Assembly: GCA_030704615.1 (NCBI GenBank)
Contig: CM060732.1
Location: 1,240,001-1,304,000 of the forward strand
Length of the DNA stretch: 64,000 nucleotides
Direction of reading: 5' to 3'
Origin: Takakia lepidozioides
Taxonomy: Eukaryota > Plantae > Bryophyta
Shown here: one piece after another, positions 22,644-35,149 of the stretch
Layout of the letters: every line of letters begins with the position of its first letter
Position numbering within the stretch: position 1 is the first letter of the stretch
Notes under the pieces: generated by a model
What the model saw: the letters and a program-made list of their open reading frames with translations, nothing else
Told to the model about the DNA's origin: nothing
Database searches by the model: none
Program-made: the position numbers and the translations under genes

Positions 22644-23244
22644 ACAAGGAGTACATCCCCAGATTTATCTCTCATGTAGACCAGAACAGGTTCTAGAAAC
22701 AGGATTGTGGATCTTTCATGGCACACTCACTCTCTAAAAATTCCATAGATTTTTAGCAGAGTCCCAAAAACAAAAACCAGGTCTAGATAGGTAGATATCC
22801 CCTTTCTGCAGCTATCCCCTCAAAAACTGGGTCAAACGGAGCTCATTTGACAAAGATATGACCAACCAGGCTCTTTAAACATAACACATGTTTTTTTTTA
22901 TTTATTTTTTATTTTAACAAGACAAAACAAATACAAGGAAAACTCTTTTTTTTTTTTTTTTTTTTTTCAATACTTGTCTTGGTTCCCTGTTCCCTGGTTC
23001 CCTAAGAATTCCTTAGATTCTTAACTCAATCTCTCCACAGTGGAATTACCAAGGTAAATGCCTGTTGGATTACAGAGGAGCAAATGCAATTGAGCATAGG
23101 AACTAGTGTGATAAGTTGAGTTGGGTGTTTCCTAGAACAATTCTAGGTTTTCATTGTCAGTTGCTAGCAGCACGGAAAGGGTGAATGCATGATTTGTGCA
23201 GAGGCATGGATAGCTGAAGGAGCAAGGATAGAGTGTGGGTCCAG

Positions 23245-23620
23245 ATTCATCTAAGAGGGCCAGATTTCAAGCTCCATACTACGTGTGATTCCCTGTGGAT
23301 CAATAGCTACCAGAAACCTGCATGGGTAGATGGTCAACTGGCAGCAGTAGCACAATTGATATAATCAGGCACTGCTAATGAAAGCATCCTCTTCAGCACA
23401 TTTCACCCTGTTTTTCCTTCTTATTAGAATCGGCCCTAACTTTCCATGTTGAATTTTGCAAGTTAGCTAGTTGAGTGAATCTAGTTTGGAGTGACTTTGA
23501 CATGATACTGCCGATGTGACAACAGGAAAGTATCCAGAAACAAGTAACAGAGACGAGGACAAGCTGTGGAATGAACACTTTTCTGACCCCAGTCAATGGT
23601 GGGACAATCGAGGCAAGAAG
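23245..23620 (+). pseudogene. Exons of an OSB-type (PDF-motif) organellar ssDNA-binding protein gene
   Basis: cag|IHLRGPDFKLHTTCDSLWINSYQKPAWVDGQL and exon 23526-23620 LWNEHFSDPSQWWDNRGKK|gt. Confidence 0.8.
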
Positions 23621-23643
23621 GTGAATGCTTGTTGGATTATAGA

Positions 23644-23868
23644 GAGAGCGGCAGTCGCGCAGCTCATCTCTCTCGAGTTGAGCCTGCGCGACCGAGCTCC
23701 TTCATGCGTTTAGATCTGAGTGTGCTTATGATGGGAGTGTAGGTTGTTGTGGGGTGGAGTCCCCATAGCGTGGGGTGCCCCTGGCTCGAGTTCTATTTTA
23801 AAGAGTGATAGCGATGGATTTCATATTTCTTGTGTTGAGAGTGTGTGTCCTTTTTAGCTTGTTTATCA
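23644..23868 (+). repeat. Inverted half-LTR of the Gypsy element
   Basis: Reverse complement of 13504-13727, with about 5 mismatches counted by eye. Confidence 0.92.
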
Positions 23869-24182
23869 CTCGAGAGAGATGAGCGTTATCTAGTGTGCTG
23901 GTGCTAAGCTAGATACAATGTTTGTTTTAGCATTATTATAATATATATCTTGGGGGCGGGAGTCCATCTGGCCCTGCTGTTTCCATGGGTTGTGCGCGCA
24001 GATTTAGTTGTCGTCTCTGCTCGTGAGTTTGAAAACCAAGAGGTGTGGAGGTTGAAGACTTTGATAGTTGGCTTCCCTACTCTCTTTCACTAGGACGGAG
24101 GGAGACGAGACTCGTGTAAACTTTTGGATTCGGACCCAAAACAGTCGGGAGTGGCTGGATCACAAAGTGCAAACAATTTGGG

Positions 24183-24305
24183 GTGGTGTCATCCCTGGTT
24201 GTGGTGGCTTCCTCTGGTGGAGGTGCTGCTGCTGCACCTGCCGGAGAAAAGGAGGAAGCGAAGGAGGAGTCTGATGATGACATGGGTTTCAGTCTTTTCG
24301 ACTAA
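24183..24305 (+). pseudogene. C-terminal fragment of a 60S acidic ribosomal P protein (P1/P2 type)
   Basis: [32 protein letters not shown]-stop. Confidence 0.88.
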
Positions 24306-25793
24306 GCTCGGGATGTAGTGTTGCAGCGCATCCGATGGTCTTTTGCAGTCGACAGTAGGTCGAGCCACAACCGAATGGAAATGAGGTTGCTGGTAAACCC
24401 AATTGGAGAAGGTGCAGTTGATGTTATCTCAACTGCAGGTGGCTGCTGAGCATTACTTAACAGCCGTTTTATACCTGCGCTGGTGCTGGTAGAGGCTAGG
24501 AAGAAGGAGTGAGCTGGAAGATTCCCGCCCTTCTTCAAGCATGCTAGGCTCAGGGTGGAAGGTTCAACCTACGGCGGGCTGCTGGGGAGCTAGGAGGTCT
24601 GCCACCTATCAGCCTCTGCTCTAGCCTCTCCTCTCCTCTGCTCTGCCTATTCTTTGTGAGTTGGATTGTTCCACCGAAGGTAAAGCGCTGGCTGGGATTT
24701 GGTGACCAGCGATATTCCGCCAGCATGAGTGGGACTGGCTTCCTTTCCATGAAATATTAGGTCTCTCCCGGCTTGGGTTAGTTCCGATTTGCAGGGCAGC
24801 AAGTCTGCATTGTTTGCTGTCTCTCGCAATGGCCATTTGCTGCAGGGTTGGAAATTCAAGGTCAGGCCCTCAGGTTCCCTTTTCGGGCCAATCTTTGCTG
24901 ACATTCCGGAAAATCCATACTATGCTATCAGGGTTTTCTGCTTAGCAACAGGCCAGGTGAACCCTTCTCTCGTGAACGGCCTACACACCAACCCCTTCCT
25001 GCATTGGTTCCTTCAGGCACCAGTTACCTTCGCCAATTTGATTCCGGGGAGTGGGTGTGGAAAGACAAGAAACACAGCCCGTTTTTCAAGTACACTGTCA
25101 AATTGGACTATAGCCAGCCACTATGAAGGAGTAGTTGTGGGCTGGTTGATGTGAGGTTGTCTAGCTGCACATTGCGAGGAAGCAAGCTTTCTTATCTTAG
25201 CAAATGGATGGACAGGGTCAGGCTAGATTTTCTAGCAAGTGCGTAAGCTGCTGTACAGCAAGGAAAAGCTGATCAGCAGTAGAAGCATGAGATGCGGCGT
25301 GTGTGACTTGAGATAGATGTACACAGGGAAGGACCAGCCGCGTAGCCTGCTTTGCGATCAGGTCTTGCATCAGGTCTAGGCGACAGTGGCGGCATTAATG
25401 TTTGTGAGACGGGGTGATCTCATATATTAACATTGCAGCCTAGCGAAGGAAGACCAGGTGAGGCTCTACATACATGACCAGCGGTGCTTTGATCCGGAGT
25501 TGCAGTTAGAAATTGTGAGACAAAAAGGAAAAAAACATTGTAGTACATTTGGCATTTCGGCCACCAGCAGGTGCAGGTCCAATTATATCACTTGGTCCTT
25601 GAAGTGGTACACCAGGCCGAGCTTCTCCCTTTTGATTTTGCGTTCAGTTGGAAGCCCGCCATCAGTTCTCAAGATGGGGCAGCTTCATCCCATCGCCTTG
25701 GTTCTGTGCATGTCCCTGGTCATGGGGATGTAATAACCACCCTAAGCCAGTTTAGAGTGGTGTTTGAGGTCCTGGAGAGCTTGAGCGTTTACA

Positions 25794-26293
25794 NNNNNNN
25801 NNNNNNNNNNNNNNNNNNNNNNNNNNNNNNNNNNNNNNNNNNNNNNNNNNNNNNNNNNNNNNNNNNNNNNNNNNNNNNNNNNNNNNNNNNNNNNNNNNNN
25901 NNNNNNNNNNNNNNNNNNNNNNNNNNNNNNNNNNNNNNNNNNNNNNNNNNNNNNNNNNNNNNNNNNNNNNNNNNNNNNNNNNNNNNNNNNNNNNNNNNNN
26001 NNNNNNNNNNNNNNNNNNNNNNNNNNNNNNNNNNNNNNNNNNNNNNNNNNNNNNNNNNNNNNNNNNNNNNNNNNNNNNNNNNNNNNNNNNNNNNNNNNNN
26101 NNNNNNNNNNNNNNNNNNNNNNNNNNNNNNNNNNNNNNNNNNNNNNNNNNNNNNNNNNNNNNNNNNNNNNNNNNNNNNNNNNNNNNNNNNNNNNNNNNNN
26201 NNNNNNNNNNNNNNNNNNNNNNNNNNNNNNNNNNNNNNNNNNNNNNNNNNNNNNNNNNNNNNNNNNNNNNNNNNNNNNNNNNNNNNNNNNNNN
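25794..26293. other. Assembly gap (500 N)
   Basis: Run of exactly 500 N. Confidence 1.
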
Positions 26294-27499
26294 AGTGAAG
26301 AAGACACTGAGTGCACTAGTATTGGCATTTATGATGATCCTGTCACCCCAGGTGAGTGCAACGTGGTGGTGGAGAGGCTTGGGGATTATCTCTACGACCA
26401 GGGCATCTAGACTGACCCACTAAGCTCTCCCATTGTTGCTCAATCCTTCTCCCAGATATCCTGATTTTGTGAAGTTTATAGGTCTCCGCCAATATTATGA
26501 AGCTCCTAGTCTCAGGTGTGGAGATTGGGTAAGAGAATTGTCAGTCCCTTATCACATGGAACTGGTTTATTGGGGCAGGGGGTAATAGTGATAACGCCAT
26601 GGTTTTGGCTTGTGCGATTGCGAAGGCCAGGTTTTACCTGCATGGTCAGTGTGAGAGTCCTGCTATTGGGGATTTCTCTGGTGTGTAGAAGATGAACTGG
26701 AAGTTACATACTGTCCCATATATTGCCCTCACTCCTTTTTCTCATGTTGCGCCATACAGTGCTACTATGAACAAATCCTCGGGAATTACCTGAGGTGGTT
26801 TTTGTGTATGATGGGGGATTACCAACCCATTGCTTCCTTTTTGTATATCGGCAGAATATTGGTTGAGGGTTGTGATAGCCACTAAGAATAGACATTTCCA
26901 TGTTGTCTGCAGTATGGTTATTGTAAACTGCCAAGGTTTTGAGCTTTGTATGCTTCCGTTCCCCATTGACAGTATGACTTACAAATTAATGGATCCATTA
27001 AATGCTACTTCGAACTACTTGGGTTGAAGTACATTTCAAGTTTTAACAATGGATCCAAACTAGTGGTGTAAATTTCTTTAAGAACTCGTGGATAACTTCT
27101 CATACTTGCAAGTGTCAATGTTGTTTCACTATGAGGCGTCCTACTTTCATGCGGATAGCCTTAGAGCGTCTCCACCGCGGGTCCCTAAATGCCCCGGCCC
27201 TGGTATCCGCACCCCGGGGGCCGTACTTTTGTGCAGGATATAGGCCCGGCCAGAACCTGCTGGAGAGACCAAACAAGACGACTGCCTGCATTTAAGGCGT
27301 GATGGTAAGGCGGCGTCTGTCCAGGTGGTCCCTCCGGAGCAAGGCACGTCAGCCAAAAAGATATGTGCAGGGTAGTTTGATGGGGTTGCTGCTGGGGGAG
27401 GGGGCGTGTTGGAGGCCGTAGGAGGTTGCAGTGTTGTGTACGCCCGGTGGAGATGCTCTTACATCTGTCTTTAAATAGGCTGGAAGAGTCAAATCACAG

Positions 27500-30400
27500 A
27501 TGGATCTTGTAACTCAACTTTAAGACAACAATATTCTTTACAAAGGCACTGACTCCAACTAAGAAATTACCACTGCATACGAATGAAATCATTTGTAGGG
27601 ACATCATGCCCTGTTCGTCTTCAGCGGGAGCTCTCAAGATCCATCACATCGCATTCATAGTGGGACATGGATATGCACACCATCATGCTCTATCTTTACT
27701 CTTTTGGGGCCCAATCATTGTCACTTGATATGCTTCAAAGTTAACCCTTAAGTGCCAAAACTCATTTTCACCCTCTCGCGGAAAAACATGACCCTGGCCC
27801 ACAAAAACTTTTTTATCTGGAGAATCTCTGTGTCCCTGTAAAACTGACCGTTGGAATTACTTCCCACCTACCCCACCTCCTACCACAAAAAGTTTCATCA
27901 AATCCAACCGCCAGATCTGAAGATTATAAGTGTAGAGTGGGGACAAAAAAAAATCTCCACTCAGAAGTAGGTGCCAAAAAAAGCAGTTTTTTTGCTCATA
28001 TTTGGGCAGTTTTAATATTTTCTTTTTTAGAGTCTCAAGAATGTTGTTCCACACCTGATAACACACATTCTCAAAAATTTTCAGTTTTTCCTGAAATGTT
28101 CTCAAGTGGGCTCCTTTGTAGTGACAATTTGGGGGGTCAAAATATGCCACTTTCTTTGGGCAGGCCAAAATTTCTCTTCCTAAGATTATCCAAAAAAATT
28201 CAGCCTGTCAATCCCTCTGAGGATTATGTCAAAATATGCCCTAATCCCTCCGGTTGAAATGTCATGGGCATTCATATGAAGTCCCCGAAAAACTTTGGGA
28301 CCAATCAGCCAATGCCACCGCATCTTTGGGTTCCCCGCCCAAGACTTCAAATGGCACACCTATGTTATAGCCTGCAGGCCTAGGATATTTGGAGCCCTAG
28401 CCCAGAAGGGCACGGGGTTGGGAGCTCCTCTGGCTATCCGGCCCTGCTTTCATGGGGGCCCAACTCCACCCTCAACCCTATCAAGATGTGGCCCACCCCT
28501 CACGGGAGTTCTTCTCGAGCCGCGAGCTCTGCCGCCATCGCGGCTGCACTCCCTCCAGCGCGCCCTGCTGTTGGCCGGAGCTGCCATCTCCATCGATCTC
28601 AGGTTAGGGCGCAGGCCTAGGAATACCCAGACCTGCGCCGGATATCATACCCCCGCCGGGCAATCTTTGGGTTTGGGGAAGAGTGCCGCCATTCCTTTAT
28701 GGGGTATCATTCATTCACCCTAACCTGACCGCAGTTGCCATGTCAGCAACTTGGGCAGGTTAGGGTGCCAAAATGGCCTCAAAAAGCTGAGTTGGCCCCC
28801 TTCTAATTGGCCCAGACCCCTACCCCTTCAGGCATTGACCAATTGGCCAATGCCATATGAAGGGGGACCCGATATCTGTCGATTGAGCCCAAAAAAGGGC
28901 CAATCAGCCTTAACCACAGGAAGTTATGGTGGTTAAGCTAACCCAACCGACCCAAAATGGGTCGATATACCACTTCACCACTTAAGGGTTAAGACGGCTT
29001 GAGAAAGAAATTGACAAAGGAAGAAATTAGATACCCCTTGCAGATGGTGCAAATTCTCATTCCCTACATCCAACCACCTACTGTTGTCAAGAAAAGAAAG
29101 AGAAGATCCACCCACTCGTATCAAAAGGAAATAGCTTTCATATATAGAGACATGAACAGATTGGTGCAAAGGTTTCCACTGGAATGAGCCCAATAGTCTT
29201 ATGGCACAAACCTGTCTACCCTTGGAATGCTCTATCCTGGCTTGCCAAGCGGTTACTTCTAGAAACGTTTCCTTCTTCTCCATGCCCTACAGAACGACAG
29301 AAATTAAGAATTAAGAAGCAGCCAATGGATTTTTAGAGTGGAGAGTCTATTCAAGAACATGATCAACAAGGATTCACACCTTAGATAAGCGAAAACCCAT
29401 TTGCACAAGACTTAGGGTAGAATGCAAACATACCTCTGAGGTAGCTGGCTCCAAGTGTTCCAGAGATTATCTTCCTTCCCCTCATTGTCAATTCCCCCGC
29501 CACCAACTCTACGGTCTTCGTCCAGGTCTTCTATGCACATATCCAGAATTATTGTCAGATGCCAAAGGCATGTTTTCAACTCAGATATTAGCTCGCAAAG
29601 CCACAAGACGCATCAGTAAAGACAACCAGAAAGTTGCCAAGGTTTGTCACGCACGTATGTTAACATTGAGACGTTCCTGTTCCAATTTATACACTCAAGA
29701 GCAAGAGAGAGAAAGAGAGAACTCCAGAAGCCAACGCAAATAAGTGTTACCTCCCCTTGCAGGCACTGCCCCCTGTCAGGGGTGGGTTTATGTACTCAAT
29801 CATAAATATCTTTACTTCATTATCCATCTGATGTAGGATAATATGTGAGGTATTGAAATGAACTTGATACCCCAACGCAGGTGTTAGGACCTGACTCCCT
29901 CAGTTTTGTCTACTTTTGTCATACACAGTTCCTTGTTAGCAAGACTCACTTGTTGCAAGAACCTACGGTTTGAGGGCAATGGTGGCTCTTGCTTCATGGG
30001 TTCTCACAACCACCAAGGCACAGATGATAAGTTCAAAAAACGACAGTGAGGACTTCAGATACCTAGCACACCATTGCTATGACTTATATCTGCCCATCTA
30101 TCTGTTTCTAACAATATCCAGTAAGCCACTAAGAACAGAGGGAGGGCCCATCAGAAGACTCCGTAGAGGGTGAAGAAGTGTCATCAAAGTGATTTCACTT
30201 GTCAGCATTGCAGAATTTTGCTTCTTCCTCAGGCCAACCCTCTAGAACCAATGAACCTCAGTTCAATGTGAGTCATGCTGCCCAGTTATAAAACATCCCA
30301 CTGGGAGTGACTAAGTACACAATGCCATCCGCAAGGTAGCCATGTGTACGGCCAAGACGTCCACACTACTACTTTGCCTCTGCTGAAAGCAACCTACCCC

Positions 30401-30800
30401 AAGGCTGTCAATCGATCATTTAATCACGAATCCTTCACAATGGACCATGTTCATCGCGCTTCAAGAGATCTGTCCAGGGGTTCATGACGAATCTGTCATA
30501 CTGAATCAGCTCCAACTAGACTTGGCTATTGCACAATCTAGCTGGCCCAGAACAGAAGGGTCTTCCTTGGACTGACAAATAGCAGTGCCTCTTCAATGCC
30601 TGCCGGCAACCAAAACTAGTAAAGAGAAAAATGGCGTAGGGATTGAAATCACATCTTCTCACGTTCTCTGCCTTCCTCTTCTAAATATGCAGTCACTGCA
30701 TCTGCACATAGAATGCAGATTGCACAATCAGCAACCCTCCAGCCCTTCCGGCAGTTTCCAAACTATCCTTGACAAACACGGATCACAATCGATCCGGACA
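27500..30800 (-). mobile_element. Highly decayed L1-type LINE ORF2 remnant
   Basis: Faint RT-like (QLDCAIAKSSWS) and zf-RVT-like (CTIC..FFLC) traces among many stops. Confidence 0.3.
27745..28988. mobile_element. Non-autonomous piggyBac-like element
   Basis: TTAA|CCCTTAAGTG ... CACTTAAGGG|TTAA: 10-bp TIR and TTAA duplication; no transposase inside. Confidence 0.65.
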
Positions 30801-32868
30801 GACCATATTGTTGCAAGTTGTCGAGCATAGGACAGACACACATACACAGTCCATCAGAGCCCCGTGAATAAGAGAGAACATGCCTGACAAGCTGTTGGAC
30901 CAACTGCATTGACTGGCATAAACTGCGGCTCCTGGCTGCAAGGATAAGCACATTTTCACATTCCCCGTATTTCAAGTTTTCACATGTTATTCGTGAGTAC
31001 CTTATCGAGGCGTGTGCTACACCTTGCCAACCTCCTTGTCGCAAACAACGCTGCCACCGCTGTCCTATCGTCTTCTCTCCTCCCTTGCTTTGCCTTCCGT
31101 TTTTTTTTCTCCTTCGAGCCTTTCGTTTACCGCGTTCCTGTATGTTTCCTTCCTCTTTTCGCTGTGCGTTGTTTTAATCTTAATTTGATTCTAAGTTAGG
31201 TTACGCACGAGCGGAGTGAATTTTGTAGCGGCAGGGCTGTAGGTGGCAAGGGTTCTTCATCCTGACAATTCTAAGCTTCGTCGATTAGGGTTGCTTCTCC
31301 CTCTTTCATTCTCTGATCACAGATTCTTTCTCCCTACCTGATCTGGGATCGGGGTAGCCTGTCGCCTTTCCTCTCTTCTTGAAAGCAGTGAAGGTTGATA
31401 GATCAGCTTATTGGTATCCTTTGCTGGCAGCTTGGAAGAATTGTTGCTTCATCAGCCATTGGCTTCTAGAGTTCAACAACAGGCCGAGAATCACTTTCCT
31501 AGGCTTGCTTGACGGGGGAATAAGCCAGCCTTTGGGTTTCCAGCTTTTCTGAATTACAGATGTGAGGCAACACAGGCGAACGCCACTTACATTCTGCTAT
31601 GGTGGCATTTGATAGATTGTGATGGTCTTTGCATAGACCTAGGTTAGTTGCAAAGTCACATGCATGCCGTTTGCACATGTTTGAGGTCAGATATTATGCA
31701 GCTTGTGCAAGAGTTTTGCACTAGTTTTGCAGCAAGGCAATGTCTTATTTTGCTGCGAAGACTTCTGACGATCATTCTTCCATGGAGCTTCAGAGTATCC
31801 GACTCCTCAGTGCCCCAAAGTCCAGGGCTATACCAGCAAAGAGCTCCTTCGGCTTGTGTCCGCTGAAGGAGCTATTTGCTGCACTGGTTTAGGGACTACG
31901 GGGCGCTGGGTCAAGAAATCTAATTCTTCGACAGACACGACGTTGAAGGCAACTTTTGGACTTGTTCTTTGTTTCTAGAATGAAGCCTGCAATTTGGGGT
32001 GTGAGGGTTCAGTATGAGCTTTTAACAGATATGTTGAATTTGTTGTTGCAGTTGGGTCAAGAGCCAACCTTTCATGCTGCACCTGACATGGTTGCTGCAA
32101 GCATTGCACGATTGTGTAAAAGACCTGGTTGCTGAGTACAACATGCCACCAAAACTGAGGATGAACGACCGGTGAAGTTTTTGCATTTTGATTGGGCAGG
32201 AGCTGTAGGCTAGCAGCGATCCCTTCCCATAATGAATCATGTGATCCGACAGCCAAAAGGTGTGCAACCTTTTGCAATCATGCTAAAGAGCATGATGAAG
32301 AGCTATTGCATGCTGAAGTCTATGATGTATTAATGGGTACTTAAATCCCCATTGCCTGTCAATTACACGCAGATCACTCAGATGCAATCAACATACACTC
32401 CACGCATCAGTTTTCAAGTGCCCATGAAATCATCCTCGCATGAGCCGCACAACTAGAACAAAAGCAGTTGCACCAGTAATTGCAGTCTTACGTAAAGCAA
32501 TGCAAAATGATGTGGGTGGCCACAATGTGACACAGAACATAAATATACATGAAAGAGGAGCGGGCGGCCAACTTAATCTCACATTGTCCTCCAGGCCTGG
32601 CAAGGTGGTATCCTCAAGCCGCCACCCCTGACAATCACTGATTACTCCCCTGCTGCAATCTCATTCTGCATTTCAGGATAGATGGAATGCTCCCTTCCTA
32701 ATCGATTACATTGTTAGGTGTAGGGGGTGTCAGACTGGATGATGCTCAACAATCTCCAGTGCTCCCTCCTCGGAACACTCACTCACATATCCTCCCAATT
32801 TGGTGGTTTTGGTCTTGTTTCAGTATCCCTCACATTGTATGTGTGCTCTTGCAAGTCTTGCTTGTCTA

Positions 32869-33847
32869 TATGGCATCTTGTGGGGGAATCAGTAAGAGAG
32901 GAAGGCGGGGAGGTCAGTCCTCAGGAGGAAGTGGGAAAGGTAGGGGATGGAGCTTGAAAAAAACCCCAAACACAGAGATCTCAGGTGGATCTATCTTGGG
33001 GAAGGGTCCTGCAAGCACCGCTCCGCCCCCTTCGACCCCTGTCCCTCCCGAGATCCTCTGGGACGACTCGGTCTTGCATAATGACTCTAATCAGCCTATT
33101 CTTGTTCTTAACAAAGACAAGATGGCCACCTGGTAAATTTGAGTTAGGGAAATTTCGTCTAGAGTCTGGGTGAGAAGGTGGGTAGTCGAACATGGGGGGG
33201 GGCGGGGGGGGGGGGGGGGGGGGTGGAGAAAGTGATTTGTCACAGCATTTCTGTCTTACGATGGGGAGAAGGGGGAGAGGTTTTTATGCCATACTCTTCT
33301 GCTCCCGCATATGCGGCAAAGGCCTTGAGATTCATTGCCCACATTAAATCAACAAGCAAAGCATTCCTACTTTCCCTGGGCCCAAGACTGGGGGCATAAA
33401 GAGGGCATCTCATGGAAGCCGCACGTAATAGCAATTCCTTTCCTACCAGCTACATACTTGACTTCACATCCTGAGATTGGATCCAGCTTTGGCACTTACA
33501 TAGGATCAATCAATGTTTATGATCCAGTTGAAGAAACCATGCATAGTGTGGACAGTGTATCCATCAACTTTGACTACAGCAAAGACAACGGTGTGCCAAA
33601 AATCGTGATCCTTATGCTTGATACTGCTCACATTGGATCGTCCATCAAACTACCTACACTGGACAATTTATACATTGTGGTTGCCATTAAGGAGGAGAAC
33701 CTATCTATCATTTGCTATGCCTGCAATGGGGAGGGGCACATGAAGGCCAATTGTCCCCTCCTTAAGAAACATACACGAGAAGAAATCTCGGCTGGTGACT
33801 CGGACTCCTCTACTACTGCATTTAGTGGGGGTCAGCGACGCCCATAG
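32869..33847 (+). pseudogene. LINE ORF1 remnant with zinc knuckle
   Basis: CYACNGEGHMKANC after a DUF4283-like region broken by stops. Confidence 0.6.
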
Positions 33848-33949
33848 CCACCCCTGCGCCGGATGCGCCGACCCCACGACGACTGCAGCGCCGCGCACGG
33901 GCTCCGCCCTGGGCATTGTGGCATCTTGCGATGCCAAAGGTTACACACA

Positions 33950-34640
33950 TTGGTGGAATGGGGGGACCATACGATCATGGTTGAGTATTGACAAGAAATG
34001 GGGGAATGATCGGGATAACAGGGAGTTAATGGAACGACGGGGGACGGAGCAGGAAATGCAGGAGGTCAACCGACTGGTTCGATTTCGACAGAATCGCACC
34101 CAATTGGCATGGGCGCTTTTGCACATCATGCTCAACTTCAATAATCACCACCTCTTGCACAACGACATGTCCCCCGACAACATCTTGTTGCATTTTCCAC
34201 AAGGGTCTGAAGATGTGTACATCGGGGTATGCGATTGGGGGATGGCCTCCACGACGGATGACCCCAAAACCACGTTGTACATTTTCGAGAGCAGAGACAA
34301 GATGATAAAGACTCTCGCACATAGATGGTGGATTGCACCTGAAATTGCAATTGTTCATAATGTAGCCAACAACCAGTCAAATGACACACCTCGTATGCCC
34401 CCTCTAACCGTGCCATCGGAGACCTTTGCAATTGGGAAGATAGCCCAGACAATAAATGGGGGTAACACGTTCGATGCAAGCCTGTTCAACGATATGTCTA
34501 CTGGAACTTGTTTTGCTTCCGCTCTGGAAAACTGTAGACACGGTAGAGTTGCGGTACAAACTAGAAAATGTTGTGAAGCGTTTCATGACAGGGCTATTCA
34601 ATTGGCCTAAGCCCAAAAATTGCTGGAGGGTGGAGAGAAA
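33950..34640 (+). pseudogene. Protein kinase C-lobe fragment (5'-truncated)
   Basis: LLHNDMSPDNILL, IGVCDWGMA, WWIAPE. Confidence 0.85.
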
Positions 34641-35149
34641 CTTGCAGACCTCTGACTGTACATCATGTTTGAATAAATGTTGTTTTCAATTGTGTTTGTC
34701 TCGTACCATAATGTTTTAATGGTTTGTTACTTAGCCATGGCACATGGGCCACATCCTTGCCAAAAAATCTACCAAAGAAAAATGTTTGGAAAAAAACGTT
34801 CATCCTTTGCTCTATGCTCACTATTGCAGAACTCTCTCTGAAGAGTGCATGAAGTTGAAGATAACTTCACCTTGGAGTGCAAATGAGGGAATAAAATGTG
34901 TTTTGGATACAGACGATGTCTGTTCATGGTGATATTTTGCATGCAACTCTTCATGTTGTTATCAAGCATATGGCTTCATAATGGAATTAAAAACAATTCA
35001 TGTGCAGGCGAAAGGTTGTTTCTCCTTATGAATTTGAATAACCAATTCAAACAACTTTGTTGAAGTCAACTTTGGTCCATATGTGCTTAAGTACGTACAA
35101 ATCATGTACACAAAGTTGCAAGCGAAGAAATAATCATTTGCCCCTTGAA

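Larger units (their letters stand above)
13504..23051 (-). mobile_element. Ty3/Gypsy LTR retrotransposon carrying DNMT3-like methyltransferase and PHD finger
   Basis: Domain order gag-PR-DNMT-RT-RH-INT-PHD. Purine-rich tract GGAGGTAGAGCTAGGGGGGCGA precedes an LTR starting TG at 13946. Candidate PBS TGGTAATTCC at 23051. Confidence 0.92.

Noticed and set aside
13504-23868. DIRS-like element with inverted terminal repeats
   Set aside because: It encodes a DDE integrase and a PPT, with no tyrosine recombinase; the inverted copy is better explained by rearrangement.
25571-26410. ORFs spanning the N run
   Set aside because: Open only because of the gap.
31150-32300. Possible host gene exons
   Set aside because: Splice-like sites exist, but the frames contain stops and no product is recognisable.
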